Below, piece after piece: positions 13,181 to 25,609 of a stretch of 64,000 nt of DNA (the first letter of the stretch is position 1; each line of letters starts with the position of its first letter). A program made the translations under genes and the position numbers. The notes under the pieces were generated by a model. The model searched no databases. It saw nothing but the letters and a program-made list of their open reading frames with translations, and was not told the origin of the DNA. Location: positions 11,624,633 through 11,688,632 of the forward strand of contig OZ037769.1 of the NCBI GenBank assembly GCA_964035545.1, in the 5' to 3' direction. This stretch comes from Bugula neritina. Lineage: Eukaryota; Animalia; Bryozoa.

Positions 13181-13844
13181 CACTTGAGAAACCGTGTTCT
13201 GACAGATAGACTGACTGAGAATCATAGCGTCCAGCTCTAGATCTAAAAGATTGTCGGTCATTACTAAGTCCCCGTCATAATTCACATTAAACACCATCTC
13301 CAGTAATTCTGATTCGATCAGATTGATTAACTCAGAATTAGCTGGTAACAGACCCGTTTCCATAGATAGGAATACTAGATCTAGGCAGGCTTACCTTGAA
13401 ACTCGGTATTTAGAGACATACTCAACGTTCAAGTATCTGTGTATGAGGTTTGAGAACACGTCTGCCTTTGGCGATGTCGGCGTAGGAAAAGGCCGGGCAG
13501 CGTGTTCACTGCACGTGACTAGGACTTTTTTCCTGGAGCGTAATAATTTTGCCCACTACTCTGCCCTCGTAAAAGTTGAATTTTACGTTGGGTCAACAAC
13601 TCCCACAATTTACTGACAGTTTTTCCGTATGGCCTTCCGCTGGGCTTACATACTTGCCGCTTTGAACGCAGTCACATATGAAGTCTTTCAAGTATGCTGG
13701 GGGTTGTCTGGTACGCTGTCCTTGTTCCAGAAGAGGTGATGCACTCGCCGGTGGACTATTGAGCCCCACTGGTGGAGCTTCCGGTTCCCTAGTAACTATT
13801 TCTTCTCTAATTTCTCCGGATGGAGCCCCTTCCTCCGTAGGGGT

Positions 13845-16800
13845 TTACACTTCCGAAAGGGATGGTGTCAGGCCTGGCGCCGGAGACAGTGGACGCACTT
13901 CTGCTGGTAGAAGCGGTCGCTCATCTCTTCCCAGGTCCTTTTCCCGCGGCACGACCACCTCATACTTGGGTTCATGCCGCGGTCGCCCACGCGTTGTGGC
14001 TTGCCTCCGGGGCTCCAACAACGGGGAGGGGGGCTTCTCCCACCGCATCAAGGCTAGCCCAATATGGCTTCAAGCGAGCCTCATTCTGGATAGACACCTG
14101 TCCTGAGCGCTCGATTTTGTAGGTATGGTTTGGCATCGCCTCTACTACTACGTACGGTCCCACGAACTTAGGCTGTAACTTAGCCGCCTCTCCGTGACGC
14201 CTACGGTGGTTGACCATCCACACCCAGTCTCCTGTCTGGTGGAGGGGTGGCTCATCGGAGTCTTCACGCCGCACTTGCCACTGCTTTTCTCGTAGCATTT
14301 CGTGTTTGACCTTCATCCGCTCTACCAGTTCACTGACGTACTCGTGAACTGAGCTGTCCTGCTTGGGAACGTGGTAGGTAAGGTGGTCAAGAACCCGAGT
14401 CTTTCGACCGAGCATTAGGAGGTTGGGAGTTTTACCAGTGCTGGTGTGTGGCATGCTGCGGTAAGCGCGCATGACCTGCGGCAGTACCGTATCTCATTCC
14501 TCTTGACTACGCCCGAGTAGTAGATTCCGGAGCGCATCACCTAGCATCCGGTTGTTGTGCTCGACTACCTCGTTACCTTGTGGGTGGTAGGGGGTGGCAC
14601 GGCTCTGATTTACTCTCTAGAAGCGGCAGACGACACTCATCAGTTAAGACAAGAAATGAGCACCTTGTTCAGAATGTATTTGCTCTGGAAGGCCGAAGTA
14701 ACAGAATACATGTTGGTCCAGCATCCTGGCCACTGTCGAAGCCAATGCGTTTGGGATAGCCAGGGCGTCGGCCCACATAGTAAAGTGGTCGGTTAATACT
14801 AGGATCCAGCTGTTGCCTCTGGGGGTTGGGGGTATGGGTCCAACCAGGTCGACAGCTACCACTTGCCATGGCCGTTCAGCATATAACCTCCGTCGTCCCA
14901 CTTCACCAGGGAGACGACCATGCTTGCTGGTCTGACATATCTCACACTGTCTTACTTTGAGTCGTACGTCACGCCCCATCTTGGGCCAGTACCACTGGAG
15001 TTGTAGTTTGGAGATCACCCTCTGCACTCCTGCATGAGCCTGTTTGTGGGTGTCCCAAATTATCTCACGGCGTATGGCAGCAAGGCAGACCGTTGGCGGC
15101 TAGAGTAATGGTCAGTAGACCATCTTGCCCGATCCGCAGCGAGTCCCATCGCTGGCAGAACAGCCGGAACTCGGCACATCCCTGCCTCAGTTGTTCCTGG
15201 CTGGGTCGTCACCTTTCCTTTTGGCCCGATACACGTCTGCCACCACTCCTGGGAAACTTTTCTGGAGATTCCTGAGCTCTTTGACGTTATCGGCCAAAAC
15301 AAGGTTGGCGCGGATATGTTGCACCGTCTCCGAATACTTGTCAGCCGTCGGCTTGAGTTGACCCTGGTCCCAGTCATACTCTGCTCCCGGGTGAGCCAGT
15401 GTCTCTAACTCGGATCGCGAGGGACCTCCATCCTCTTTTCAATGTTGAGACACTGCTTACACCCTCTGTCCGGCCGCTGGCTCAGTCTATCTGCATTGCC
15501 GTGTTTCTTACCCGGTCAATGTTCGATCCGGTAAGAAAACTCAGCTAGAGTCTCGAGCCACTGGGCAACCTGATTGGACGGTTCTGCTCTCTTACACAAC
15601 CAGATCAATGAGGCAAGGTTCGTATGCAGCTAGAACCTTCTGCCGTACAGATAAGGCCGGAAGTGTTTCACCGACTTGATTACTGCCAGCAACTATTTTC
15701 GGGTGGTGCAGTAATTTTGTTCAGTGGGTAAGAGAGAATTGCTGTAGTAAGCTACTACTACTTCTCGGCCTTCCTGCACTTGTGACAGCACAGCGCCAAT
15801 ATTCTGTCACTGGCATCCGTGTTCAGGATACATTCCAGAGCAGGGTCCGGGTATGCCAAGACAGGCGCCGCCGGCAGGCAACCTTTGAGGCGGTCGAACG
15901 CCTGTTGTTCGACCGGAGACCACTGCCACGCTACCACCTCTGCGGTGAGCCAGTTAAACCGCTGCGCTATCCCCTCAAAGTCTGGTATGTATTGCCAGTA
16001 ATACCCTGCCAGGCCCAGGAATGCCCGTAGTCCGGTCAAATCCTGGAGGGTAGCTCAGTCCTTCACTGCTTGCACCTTTTCAGGATCCGTAGCCACGCTG
16101 TTTCGACGGCGACGTGCCCCAGGTACTTTACCTCCGGCTGCAACAGAGCGCACTTGGAGGGCTTCAGCTTTAGACCGGCACCCCCGAGTTTTTCGAAAAC
16201 CTCCCTCTGACGACTGACGTGTGTCTTAAAGTCTGGAGAGATTACGATGACGTCATCGAGATAGATCAACAGTGTCTTCTATTTAAGTCCGCTAAAGACC
16301 TGTTCCATCAACCTCTGGAAGGTGGCTGGGGCGCAGATCAACTTGACGGCGACACCTTCCACTTCCATAGCTCGTCCTGCGGTCCAGAAGATCCCGGACT
16401 TGTCGGCTGACTACAGGATAGTTAAGGGCAACCTTTTAGCTGCAACTGGCTTGCTGAGGTTTGCATTGTAATCATATAAGAATTCAGTACCAGTAAAATA
16501 AAATCTCACCTAATTGTCCTAGAGTGAAAATTTAAAAACTATGTTGTAGATCTTCTTTCCCCCAGTGCAACCTTTTTGGAAAGTTCAATTTTCATTTTTG
16601 TTGCAAAGTTATAGACAAAAAACTGCCCAATTTCGGCCAATTTTGCCTGAAAAGCTGACTTTTCAGTACCAGTAAAATATCTCAGCAGCAAAACATGATA
16701 TCTGAATAAAGATTGCACAGCTGAAATCCTGAGATATTTCTCCAGTGCAACTTTTTTCTTTTTCCAATAACTCTGCTAGATTGCTCATAAATTGGTGATT

Positions 16801-18994
16801 TATACACTGAAAATGCCATTTTTGTTCATGAGAAACTAGCAGCGCGCAGCACTTCACGCTTCAATGAGCACGTAGAGATGAGAAGATATTGGCGCGTACA
16901 TAATAATTACAGGCTTGCTAGCTGGCAGGCTATTTTGAATAACTCGCTTTGGACTTTGTTTATGTTGCACCCATAATGAAATATTGATAGATAACGCAGC
17001 CCTAATGAAGGTTGCTGCTTATTGGTTGTAGTTTAATCTTAGGCTAAACAATTGCAAGTAGGCAACACGCATGCCACCCGCAGAGCAATATTATTCAAGA
17101 GCCTGAACTACATTTTGAGAGAAATTTATGATATTCTTAGTGAGGATGCCCTTAACTATCCTGTGACCTCCTTTTCCTTTTCCGGCCGCAACCTACGCGT
17201 GGGTTGCCAAATAGGAACTGTCGCCGCAGCCAGCGGTATCTCATGACGGACGACTCGCGTCAGGCTTACATCATGAATTCCGCTGCTGAACACGCCGTTC
17301 TACTCGTGCATCAACTTCGCCATAGCCTGGCGATCCTCGTCGTCGTGCAGCCGTGACAGGTCGCCTCGTACAACTCCTTTACGTGTGGCGGAACGATCCC
17401 CCGCTCTCTAGGCGGGCGCTGTCAGGGATCACCCGTCGTGTCTCCCAGCAACGGTCCCACGCTCTCTTTCTGGACAGAGTGGAAACGGCCCAGCATGAAC
17501 CAGGCCAGTAGCTTCACCGACTCCATGAAGGGGTTGACGCACTGCACTAAGATCTCTTCTCGCGCAGTCGGCTGATTGAGACTGCTAGCAAGCTGGATTC
17601 TATTGTGCGCACCTTCCACCACCCCTAGTCCGGAGATCTGGCTATTATTCACTCTACAGTGAATGGTAGCCCGGGAGGGGCCCGGTATCGTACAGTTCCG
17701 TATTACCTGCACGCCACTAGAGGACGGCCGAACTTGTCGACACAGGTGAGCTCTCGCTCGGCCATCAACATTGCAGACTTACTAAAGTCAATGTGACACT
17801 TGTGTCGTTTTAAGAATGGCATTCCGAGAATAGCATCCTCTTCGAGTTGACTGACGATGAACGTCTCACGTATGGTGCAGTCACGAACACGCCCAGTCAA
17901 CTCTATAAGGCCGTAGAAAGGGATGCACGACCCGTCGGCTAGGGTGCCATGCTCTCCTGTATATGGCTCTATCCCGGCTCTTTTTTTGGGAAGAAGGGTC
18001 TCGAAGGCACGACGGCTGAGGAGGTTTGTGGTATACCAGGAGTCTAGTAAGAAGGTGACAGCTCGTCCGGTACCTTGCCTGGTAGGAAATAACTATCTCC
18101 GTGTGGTTGTACCCGTACTTCCCCTGCATGCTCGGCTTCAGTGAGATAGAGCCCTCCTGGCCTGGCCCGCGATTGGCGGGGCTTCTGGCGGCGAGGGTTT
18201 TTCTTCCCGGGGATGGAATGTTTCCCCTTTCTCTCCACAGGTGGCTCGCCCACCAGCTCTGGTTCTGGCAGCCGGTCGAAGCGATTGGTGAGTGGCAGTG
18301 AAAAGGTACTGGGTTGCCTTTCTAGTCGACTGGTCCTACGTGGTACCTGCCACTCTTGAGAAGTATACCGTCGCATCGGTGCGGACGATCCGGGGTTTTC
18401 CTTACTGGAGTCCTCCATTCTTGGCCCACGGGAGGCGGAGACATCCGCGGGCCATGGAAGTTTAACTCCCATTTGTTTTGTGGACACTCCGTACAAAGAT
18501 GTCCTTGGTCACCGCACTCTCAACACAGAGCCGGTGGCCGCGGGGTCTCGTTTGCGACTGCATGGGTCTTTAGACAAGTTGCAGAGTGTCGGAGCGAGTG
18601 ACGATGGCCACCAGCTTCTCTATCATCCCAGTGTCTTCACCGTAGCTGCATGTTCCTGGAGGGGCGTGCGTGGCTCACGACGCAGCTCTTGTAGACCGGC
18701 CTTGGCATCTACAGCGGAGATGCTGAAACGGGCCCGCAGTGCAGCGAAGATTTCATCAACGCTGGTTCCTAGTCCATACGGTTTGGCCTGTTCTGTTGGT
18801 GCCATCCTCAGCTGGATCAGGGCCACTCTGGGTGGCCACTGGGTGATGTCTACCACATCACTGAATTATTGAAAAAACTGCTCTACATCTTTCAGGCCAG
18901 TGAAGGTAGGGGCTTTCAGGCGATACCTGTAGGTCTCCTTCCCTTGTAACACGGGGCCCTCTGAGGCTACAGCAATATCAAGCTCACCCTCCAT
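13845..18994 (-). pseudogene. Gypsy 2 gag-pol remnants
   Basis: Gag-like LKAPTFTG...QWPPRVALIQLR, protease region, YLDD RT with an internal deletion, RNase H and integrase fragments homologous to elements 1 and 3; many stops and frameshifts. Confidence 0.88.
16412..17165. mobile_element. CMC/CACTA-like MITE, copy B, inserted in the RT region
   Basis: Same TIR as copy A (first base C>T) and 2-bp TSD AC. Removing it restores the pol reading EKEVSRQV. Confidence 0.9.
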
Positions 18995-19065
18995 GTGTCA
19001 AGCTGGTTCTCTCGCCATCCTGGTTCTTATTAACGTCTGTCAGGTATTTGCATTGCACAGAATGG

Positions 19066-19082
19066 TCCTACCGCTGCCACCA
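19066..19082 (-). promoter_or_regulatory. Primer-binding site (tRNA-Leu-like)
   Basis: TGGTGGCAGCGGTAGGA just after the LTR end; complementary to the typical tRNA-Leu 3' end ...CCACCGCTGCCACCA. Confidence 0.8.
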
Positions 19083-19083
19083 A

Positions 19084-19480
19084 TGTCATATTTTCCAATA
19101 ACGTTATGATGGGTTCTACTGTTTGCAATTACCTAGTGGTCAGTTACGTAACTAAATCAGAATAACTCCTGTTTCAGTACGGGAACGACAAATATATTTG
19201 AGGCATATAAGTAAACGAAAAAAGTGCATTCAGTTGTCCTGAATGTACATAAGTCAAAACGTATCAGAATTACTCCAACATCTATCTTCACACAAGTCTA
19301 TTTTCTACTTCAGCAGTCTCGAAGCTCTCTGCTTCGCAGGGAGGCAATCACGTGACACAATGGGATTGGATATGTACAAGAGTATGCCACGCCCTTTTAT
19401 ATTCTATTACAGAGTGTAATCTGTGCTGCAACTACACTTCCACTATCCATTACACGATTTATTCTGCATATTTTTTACAC
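19084..19480 (-). repeat. 5' LTR of Gypsy 2
   Basis: Ends ...TGACA just before the PBS and contains TATAAAAG near 19394-19401; outer boundary approximate. Confidence 0.65.
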
Positions 19481-19487
19481 GTACTTA

Positions 19488-19670
19488 CCATGGTAAATAT
19501 CAGAGTTATCCACCTTGACACATAACTTATGGCTATTTTTCTAAATACTGCATGGTTATAGCTAAGTTTGTGTTGCAACTTTCCAATATCTTAAATACTA
19601 TATCTATTGTTAAGCTTTTAGTGCAGTAAACAGTTTATAAATCCTTTTCCCATATTTACAAATTGCAACG
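19488..19670 (+). repeat. Fragment of a Gypsy-1-family LTR 5' end
   Basis: TGGTAAATAT...CCTTGACACAT.ACTTATGGCTATTTTTCTAAATACTG matches the reverse complement of about 3390-3560. Confidence 0.7.
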
Positions 19671-21672
19671 TTGTACGCAATCTAACATTCCAACAAAACA
19701 ATTTGATAGTGTTCTGTCTAACACTTTTAACAAATCTCCAAAATTTTGATATATAGTACCATTGAATTTCCAACAATCTAACATTTCAATAAAATAATTA
19801 GCATAGCAAATGCGTCAATTTAATCCAAAATTTTTCTATGAAGGAACAATATACAAACGTTCAGTTTTTAATACAGCATAATATATACCACCGTCTTTAA
19901 AATGAAACTATTTTTAATAAAATTCATTCATACCCACATTGAGTTTTCTCTTGATGAAATAGCGCATAATTTCAAAATTTTAGGATTTCAACACGAAATT
20001 GTGATGAAACTTATGCCAGTAAAAAGCTGAAACTTTTTTAATGTGATATATATAATATAGTTGTTAGGTGCTGAAAATATCAAGATCATAGCTATTTGTA
20101 AAAGGTGAGTTTTAAGTGCCTGAAAATTCAAAATTTTGAAAAATTGCCAAATTTTTTGCCTAAAAACGTAATGCAGTAGAAAATTTTTCTCAACATTTAT
20201 GGCAGATTTGATGCTTTAATTTGAATAAAATCATGTAGAACTATCATCCATAAAAGTATGAAAGATTTGTATTGAATCGTCTCCGAGATATAAACCCATG
20301 AAATTGACCTTCGGTACCGAAACCCATGAAAAAAGTACCGATTTTTTACCAACCTTTGTTCACATAAAGTGCCATAACTACAAAAATATTAGGAATTAAG
20401 GGCTAATATTTCATATTTTTTCATTTGACATGTTTTGGAATACCATACTAAAATTTCAAAAAAATCTGAGATGGGTCGGTTTTGGCCTTGTTGAGTTGGC
20501 GTGGAATGACCCATATGCATCGTGCCATAATGCGTAGAGAGAAATAATGAGGAGTTGTCCTTTCGATAATAACAATAATACAAATCTCTACAACAGGGGG
20601 ATACTAGCCCGAATGATTTGAACGTTGGCTGTTACGGGGAAGTAGTGACGATGTCAATTTCTGCGGAACAAGCTTAACTACCGCGGCTATTTTTCGAAGG
20701 ATAAGAATGCTGCAATAAGTCACTGGCACCTGCTAGCGTTACTAATAGTAATATAATAATAAATGCTTGAGAGATTATGGTACACTAGAAGTGGAGGCGA
20801 GTAGTCAGATAATCACAATAAGTGAATATATTTTCCCAGTTATAGCCTATAGGTAAGGAAAAAATTTCATTGTGCATAAGTGTGTTAATACTAGATTTAG
20901 AAGCAGGCGAGTATTACTGTCAGTGTCAGTGTGCGTGTTCATGTTGCGTATGGGTGTTTAACTTTTACTTTTAGTTTTACTCTAAGTCTAACTCTTGCAC
21001 TTGGTCTTGTGTCTTGTAGGTGTTCTTACACTGTTACAGTTTTAGTCTTACCAAGAGACAGTAAGTCTTACTCTTAGAGTTACTTACACTTACTGTTTGT
21101 CTTACTCTTGGTTTATTTTTTTTAACAATAATTGTAATTATAGCAATAGCATCATACTCATAGTGATTATCATTATGATTTATGTGGTTATCATTAAGTG
21201 GTTTGATTATCATTATGATTAAGTTTTACTTTAATAATAAAAATAACTGTTAAACTTATATTGTTTCAAGTTCAACACTAACAGTAACAGTAACAGTAAC
21301 TGAGTTAACAGTGTAGCTGTAAGTGTTTACAATTATAATCATATTTATTCAATAATCTTAATCATAATGAGAACCTCATTGTCATAATGTCATCGATAAT
21401 AGTTTGGAATTGCATTTGATTATCATTATCCTAATTATATTTGAAAATGGCAATGGTAATCATAATTATAATATGTAGAGAAAATCAAACTGTAGTAAAA
21501 ACATCAGAGGCGCACTGTTGAAGTTTAAGTCTCGCTTGGATTCACTGGAGTCGGAGATTGGCTAGTAGATGTTGTCATACTACTACTAGTAGTACTACAA
21601 ACTAACAAAGTTTACATCATGTGTTATCTTCATCTTTCCTTCTTTCCGCAAATATTCGATGATTTATGGGTG

Positions 21673-23731
21673 TAGGGGAAGGCGAGGCAAGTTGGGTCAA
21701 AAATTGGTTTTTTTAATATTGTGGCCAATCTAAACATGTAAATATCAAACTGTTTGTCATAAAGATAGATCAACATGTTATCTGCAATAGCCCAATTCTA
21801 TTTTGAGGCAACACCAACATTTAGTCAGCTACAGATAATACCGTAAAACCTTTCTTCTGACCCAACTTACCCCGCATGAGGGTAAGTTGGGTCACCACCA
21901 AAAACAAATGGGGCAAGTTGGGTCGCTATTTCATTACTATGGTATCTAACATATCACTGAAATAAATTCAGTTCATTAATGCTCATTAGGTCTAAGTAAT
22001 GATTATCAGCATCTTAGTTTGAGAAAAACATACAAAGTTTGTAACATAGGCCCCCAGTCATCATTTAAGTTAGTGAGATTATTTGAATTTAGACTCTGGG
22101 AATGGACAAAAAAGAGGTGAACCAAATCTGCTTGGGGCTATTATTTTTATTTAATAAAGGGATCAAGAAAACTAACTTGACTCAAAGCCCATGCCATCTA
22201 GTTTGTTGCCAAAACTAACACAGCCTATAGTTCGAACAGTTGTTCTAGTTGAGACAGGTGCCCTCAACACTCTAACAATTTACTCAGCCTCCACTGCAGA
22301 TATGTCTGGCTGTGATGGCTTAGATGAAGTACCCTGTGGAGTCTTTTTGTAAAAGTCCAATCTCTAATCTCCTCCATCCTTGCCAACCACCATTCTAACA
22401 AAACCTATGGTTGAACGTTTTCCTTTGTATTTTACCACCACAAACGCCACTTCTTCTACATCTGCCACATCTTCTTCTGCTTCTGCCTCGGATGGTGAAT
22501 CACTGTCTGTCTCTAGTGGAACTATATGGTTCTGCTCATCTTCTTCACTGCAGGATTCTGGCTCTTTCTGTATAGGCCTACGCTTAGGTCGTTCCTTTCC
22601 TTTATTCAACTTGTCTGCTCATTTTTGTTCGATTCTTTCTTTCTCTGGTGTGTCTGTCAGTATAGCGGTCTTTACCCGCTTTCTTCTGGGTGCTCTATCT
22701 TTGGGTAAAGCAGCTTTTGGTAAGGGAAGAATATCTTGAGAGGTAACAGGCTGCTTAGAGGTAGCCACCACCAGTGAAGTAGAAATATCCTGAGAGGTAA
22801 CCAATAAACCAGAAGTACTAGGCGGTCTTGGATTGTAGATAGGAATCTGGAGTAAATTTGGCTGAGATGAAATTGGCTAAGTTGAATCAGATCATCTTGC
22901 TCATTGATCACTCTTTGAGGTTGGAACATAGTCGGCGTCGGTAAATATGCCTGCGTTTGATGGGAATATGCCAGATGAGCGAAATCTCGATGTTATGTTA
23001 GCAACAGTCATGTTTTGCCCAAATGCTCGCTCTGTTAGGGCGCCAATGCTTTACACTTTTATGCTCTTGTTCGGATAGGTTATCATTAAGTTATCCATTG
23101 CCTTGTTGAAGTATGTTTTCATTTGACCGAAAACAGTTCTATTCAGAGACTGTAATCAGTGTGAAGTATGTGGTGGCAAGGTGAGTAGAACAACTCCTGA
23201 TTCTTTAACAAGAGTTACAGACTCTAAGGATATATGTAAGCAGTGATTATTGCAGTATCATGATCTGCAACAATAAATTTACATTAGCACTATGTTTAGC
23301 GATTTGGGGCAAGTTTGGCCATTGACCCAACTAGCCTTAAAATTTTGACCCAACTTGCCCCATTGGCAGCAATTTTGTAAAGCATGTAATTTTTGCATGA
23401 AAAAATTAATTTAGAAAGTTTTATAATCCACCAAATATAAGCTAACTACCTAAGCATTCATGACACAAAACATCAGCTCTCTATCCCCATGCTTAAGGCC
23501 AAAATTTTGGTCGACTGTTTTGGTGAACAGAATGTCAAATGAAACAAAAATATTGATATTAGCTAATATTTCACTCACCTCTTTTTTGATAGTGTTGTTG
23601 TAGTGGCAGGAAGTTATTTTAGTTTGGCCTTTACTTCTTGAACTAACTATTCAGTTTCCTAGCATTACAGTTTTTGAGAAAATGGCCTGACCCAACTTGC
23701 CCCTTGGCCCAACTTGCCCCGCCTCCCCCTA
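21673..23731 (-). mobile_element. Decayed pogo/Fot1-like (DDE_1) DNA transposon
   Basis: TIRs TAGGGGAAGGCGAGGCAAGTTGGG / CCCAACTTGCCCCGCCTCCCCCTA. Transposase remnant on the - strand: GVVLLTLPPHTSH*LQSL.RTVFGQMK...NITSRFRSSGIFP and AILTDTPEK. Confidence 0.85.
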
Positions 23732-24059
23732 TGGTTTTTGCCTGAGATTGCATTTACACTTACTGTGTTCATCTTGTAAAGGATTTTTCTATATTGAGTG
23801 GTAATGTTGGCTGTGTTGCCTCTATGCAATTAAAACTTCCTTTCTTCAGATATGACATCAGAAAAACATTTCATAGTACTAGATATAAAATACAAAATAG
23901 TTTCAGCAGAAATTATATTAAAATGCAATCTACAATTAGTCAAATATGTAGAATAAACTTATAGAAATGTAATATGTGCTATAAAATATTACATAGTAGA
24001 AAATAAACATAACCATATCATAAAAGATTAATCTCTAATTGATCGATTAGATTAGCTGC

Positions 24060-24190
24060 GGGTGTAAAATTTCAGTAGACCCGATAATTGCCATATCGAG
24101 AGCGACGCTGAACCCGAACTTCCGCTGATGAGGCGCCGAAATCATCTGCGGTCACCTGAGGGTCTCCGACCACTGTGCTGATTTGCTGTG
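24060..24190 (+). promoter_or_regulatory. Candidate promoter / non-coding first exon of the LRR-ROC-COR-caspase gene
   Basis: Local CpG-rich patch with ACTTCCG (ETS-like) ending in a strong donor G|GTAAGT at 24190/24191; inference only. Confidence 0.35.
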
Positions 24191-24879
24191 GTAAGTACTG
24201 CGCAAAAGCCACATACTAGCCCCATCTTCACCCTCACAAACTAACTCAGACCCCTCTTTGCCAATCACAATGTATGGTTTCTCCCCAAAATTTAATAGGT
24301 TGATTTGGCAAAAATTCAGAATTATTATATCGTAAATTGTGTGAGATCATTTAATTAGCAGCTGGAGGTTGCTGTATTTGAAAAACTGTTACACTTCTTT
24401 TGAAACTGATCAGAATTCTATAGACTCATTGATGCCAATGTTTTTCAACACAAATTTGTTGAACTTTACTTTTATTATGTCACAGCAAAATATATGCAAT
24501 AAACGAAACACATAATACGGTATTTTACTTTTATTTCAGTGGGTGTTTTTCTTCAAAACTAAAGAATAGATGGCATAATATTTCTAGTTGATACTGCATA
24601 TTATTTGGCAAGCGTTATACTCCCAGATAACATCCAGTGAATATTGGGCGTGTACCTAGAGTTCTTTATTAAACTGTGAACTGTAAGGTAATGGCCATAT
24701 TATTAATTAAACTATCTGTGATTATTCTGACAACTCTGGTGATACTTTATTTTTTATAATTGTATATCTAATTTTTGACTCTTGAATGAAATTGTCTTCT
24801 GCCCCAACTTATGTTTAGTTATTTTTGGTCAGTTGTTGAGTGAGTCACGCATTTGACTTGTAACTCATGATCTTCTATA

Positions 24880-25275
24880 ATAGACCCTTTTCAGAGGTCC
24901 CTAATGTCTCCCTTACAATTAGGAGTTGTGGTCTGCCAAAATGAAATTTGTTGAGCAAAATAGGCTTGAACTCATTTTTGTGGTTTTGGTTGCTGAGCAA
25001 TGCTGAAGTGCCACTTTAGCATTGCTCAGTATTTCTGTCAAAATTATCCATTAAGAAATATTTAAAAATATTTTGAACTGCCAATATGTGTGCTTGTAGC
25101 AAAATCTCTATCTCCTAAAAGAACAATTCTATACCATATTTAGTATTCTAAGTAGCAGCCAAACTTCCAATTTTTATTGAGTTTGCTCTTTATGCAAAGG
25201 TTCAGCATATTCCCTTTGGGAGACCACAACTCTTAATTGTAAAGAGGATATCGGAGACCTCTGAAAAGGATCTAT
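24880..25275. mobile_element. MITE
   Basis: Imperfect TIRs of about 65 bp: ATAGACCCTTTTCAGAGGTC... / ...GACCTCTGAAAAGGATCTAT. Confidence 0.75.
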
Positions 25276-25609
25276 ACTCTATTGTATATTGATTATAATA
25301 TTTCATCACGTTAGCATTTAAACTCTCTATCATACAGTTTGATCAAAGAATTTTTACTTTTACTCACCTTTAATCTCCAAATATTACTGTTTTTCAATTA
25401 TTATCTTGATTAAGATCTTTCTGGTAGTAACTTTTGTTTCCTGTTTTGTTTGAGAGTCTGGTTCCACAGGATGTAGAGTTGATTTCTGATTGTTACAGAT
25501 AAACCAGGACACGTTAGTAACAGATATAGAGGTTCTGATTGGCTGCTATAGACTAGATGTTGATCAGTCATATATTGATCAGTCATATATTGTTGGCTGA
25601 TTTCACATA

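Noticed and set aside
24120-24165. Hammerhead-ribozyme-like core CTGATGAG-GCGC-CGAAA
   Set aside because: Could not build convincing stems I and III around an NUH site; better explained as a chance match in a CpG-rich promoter-like patch
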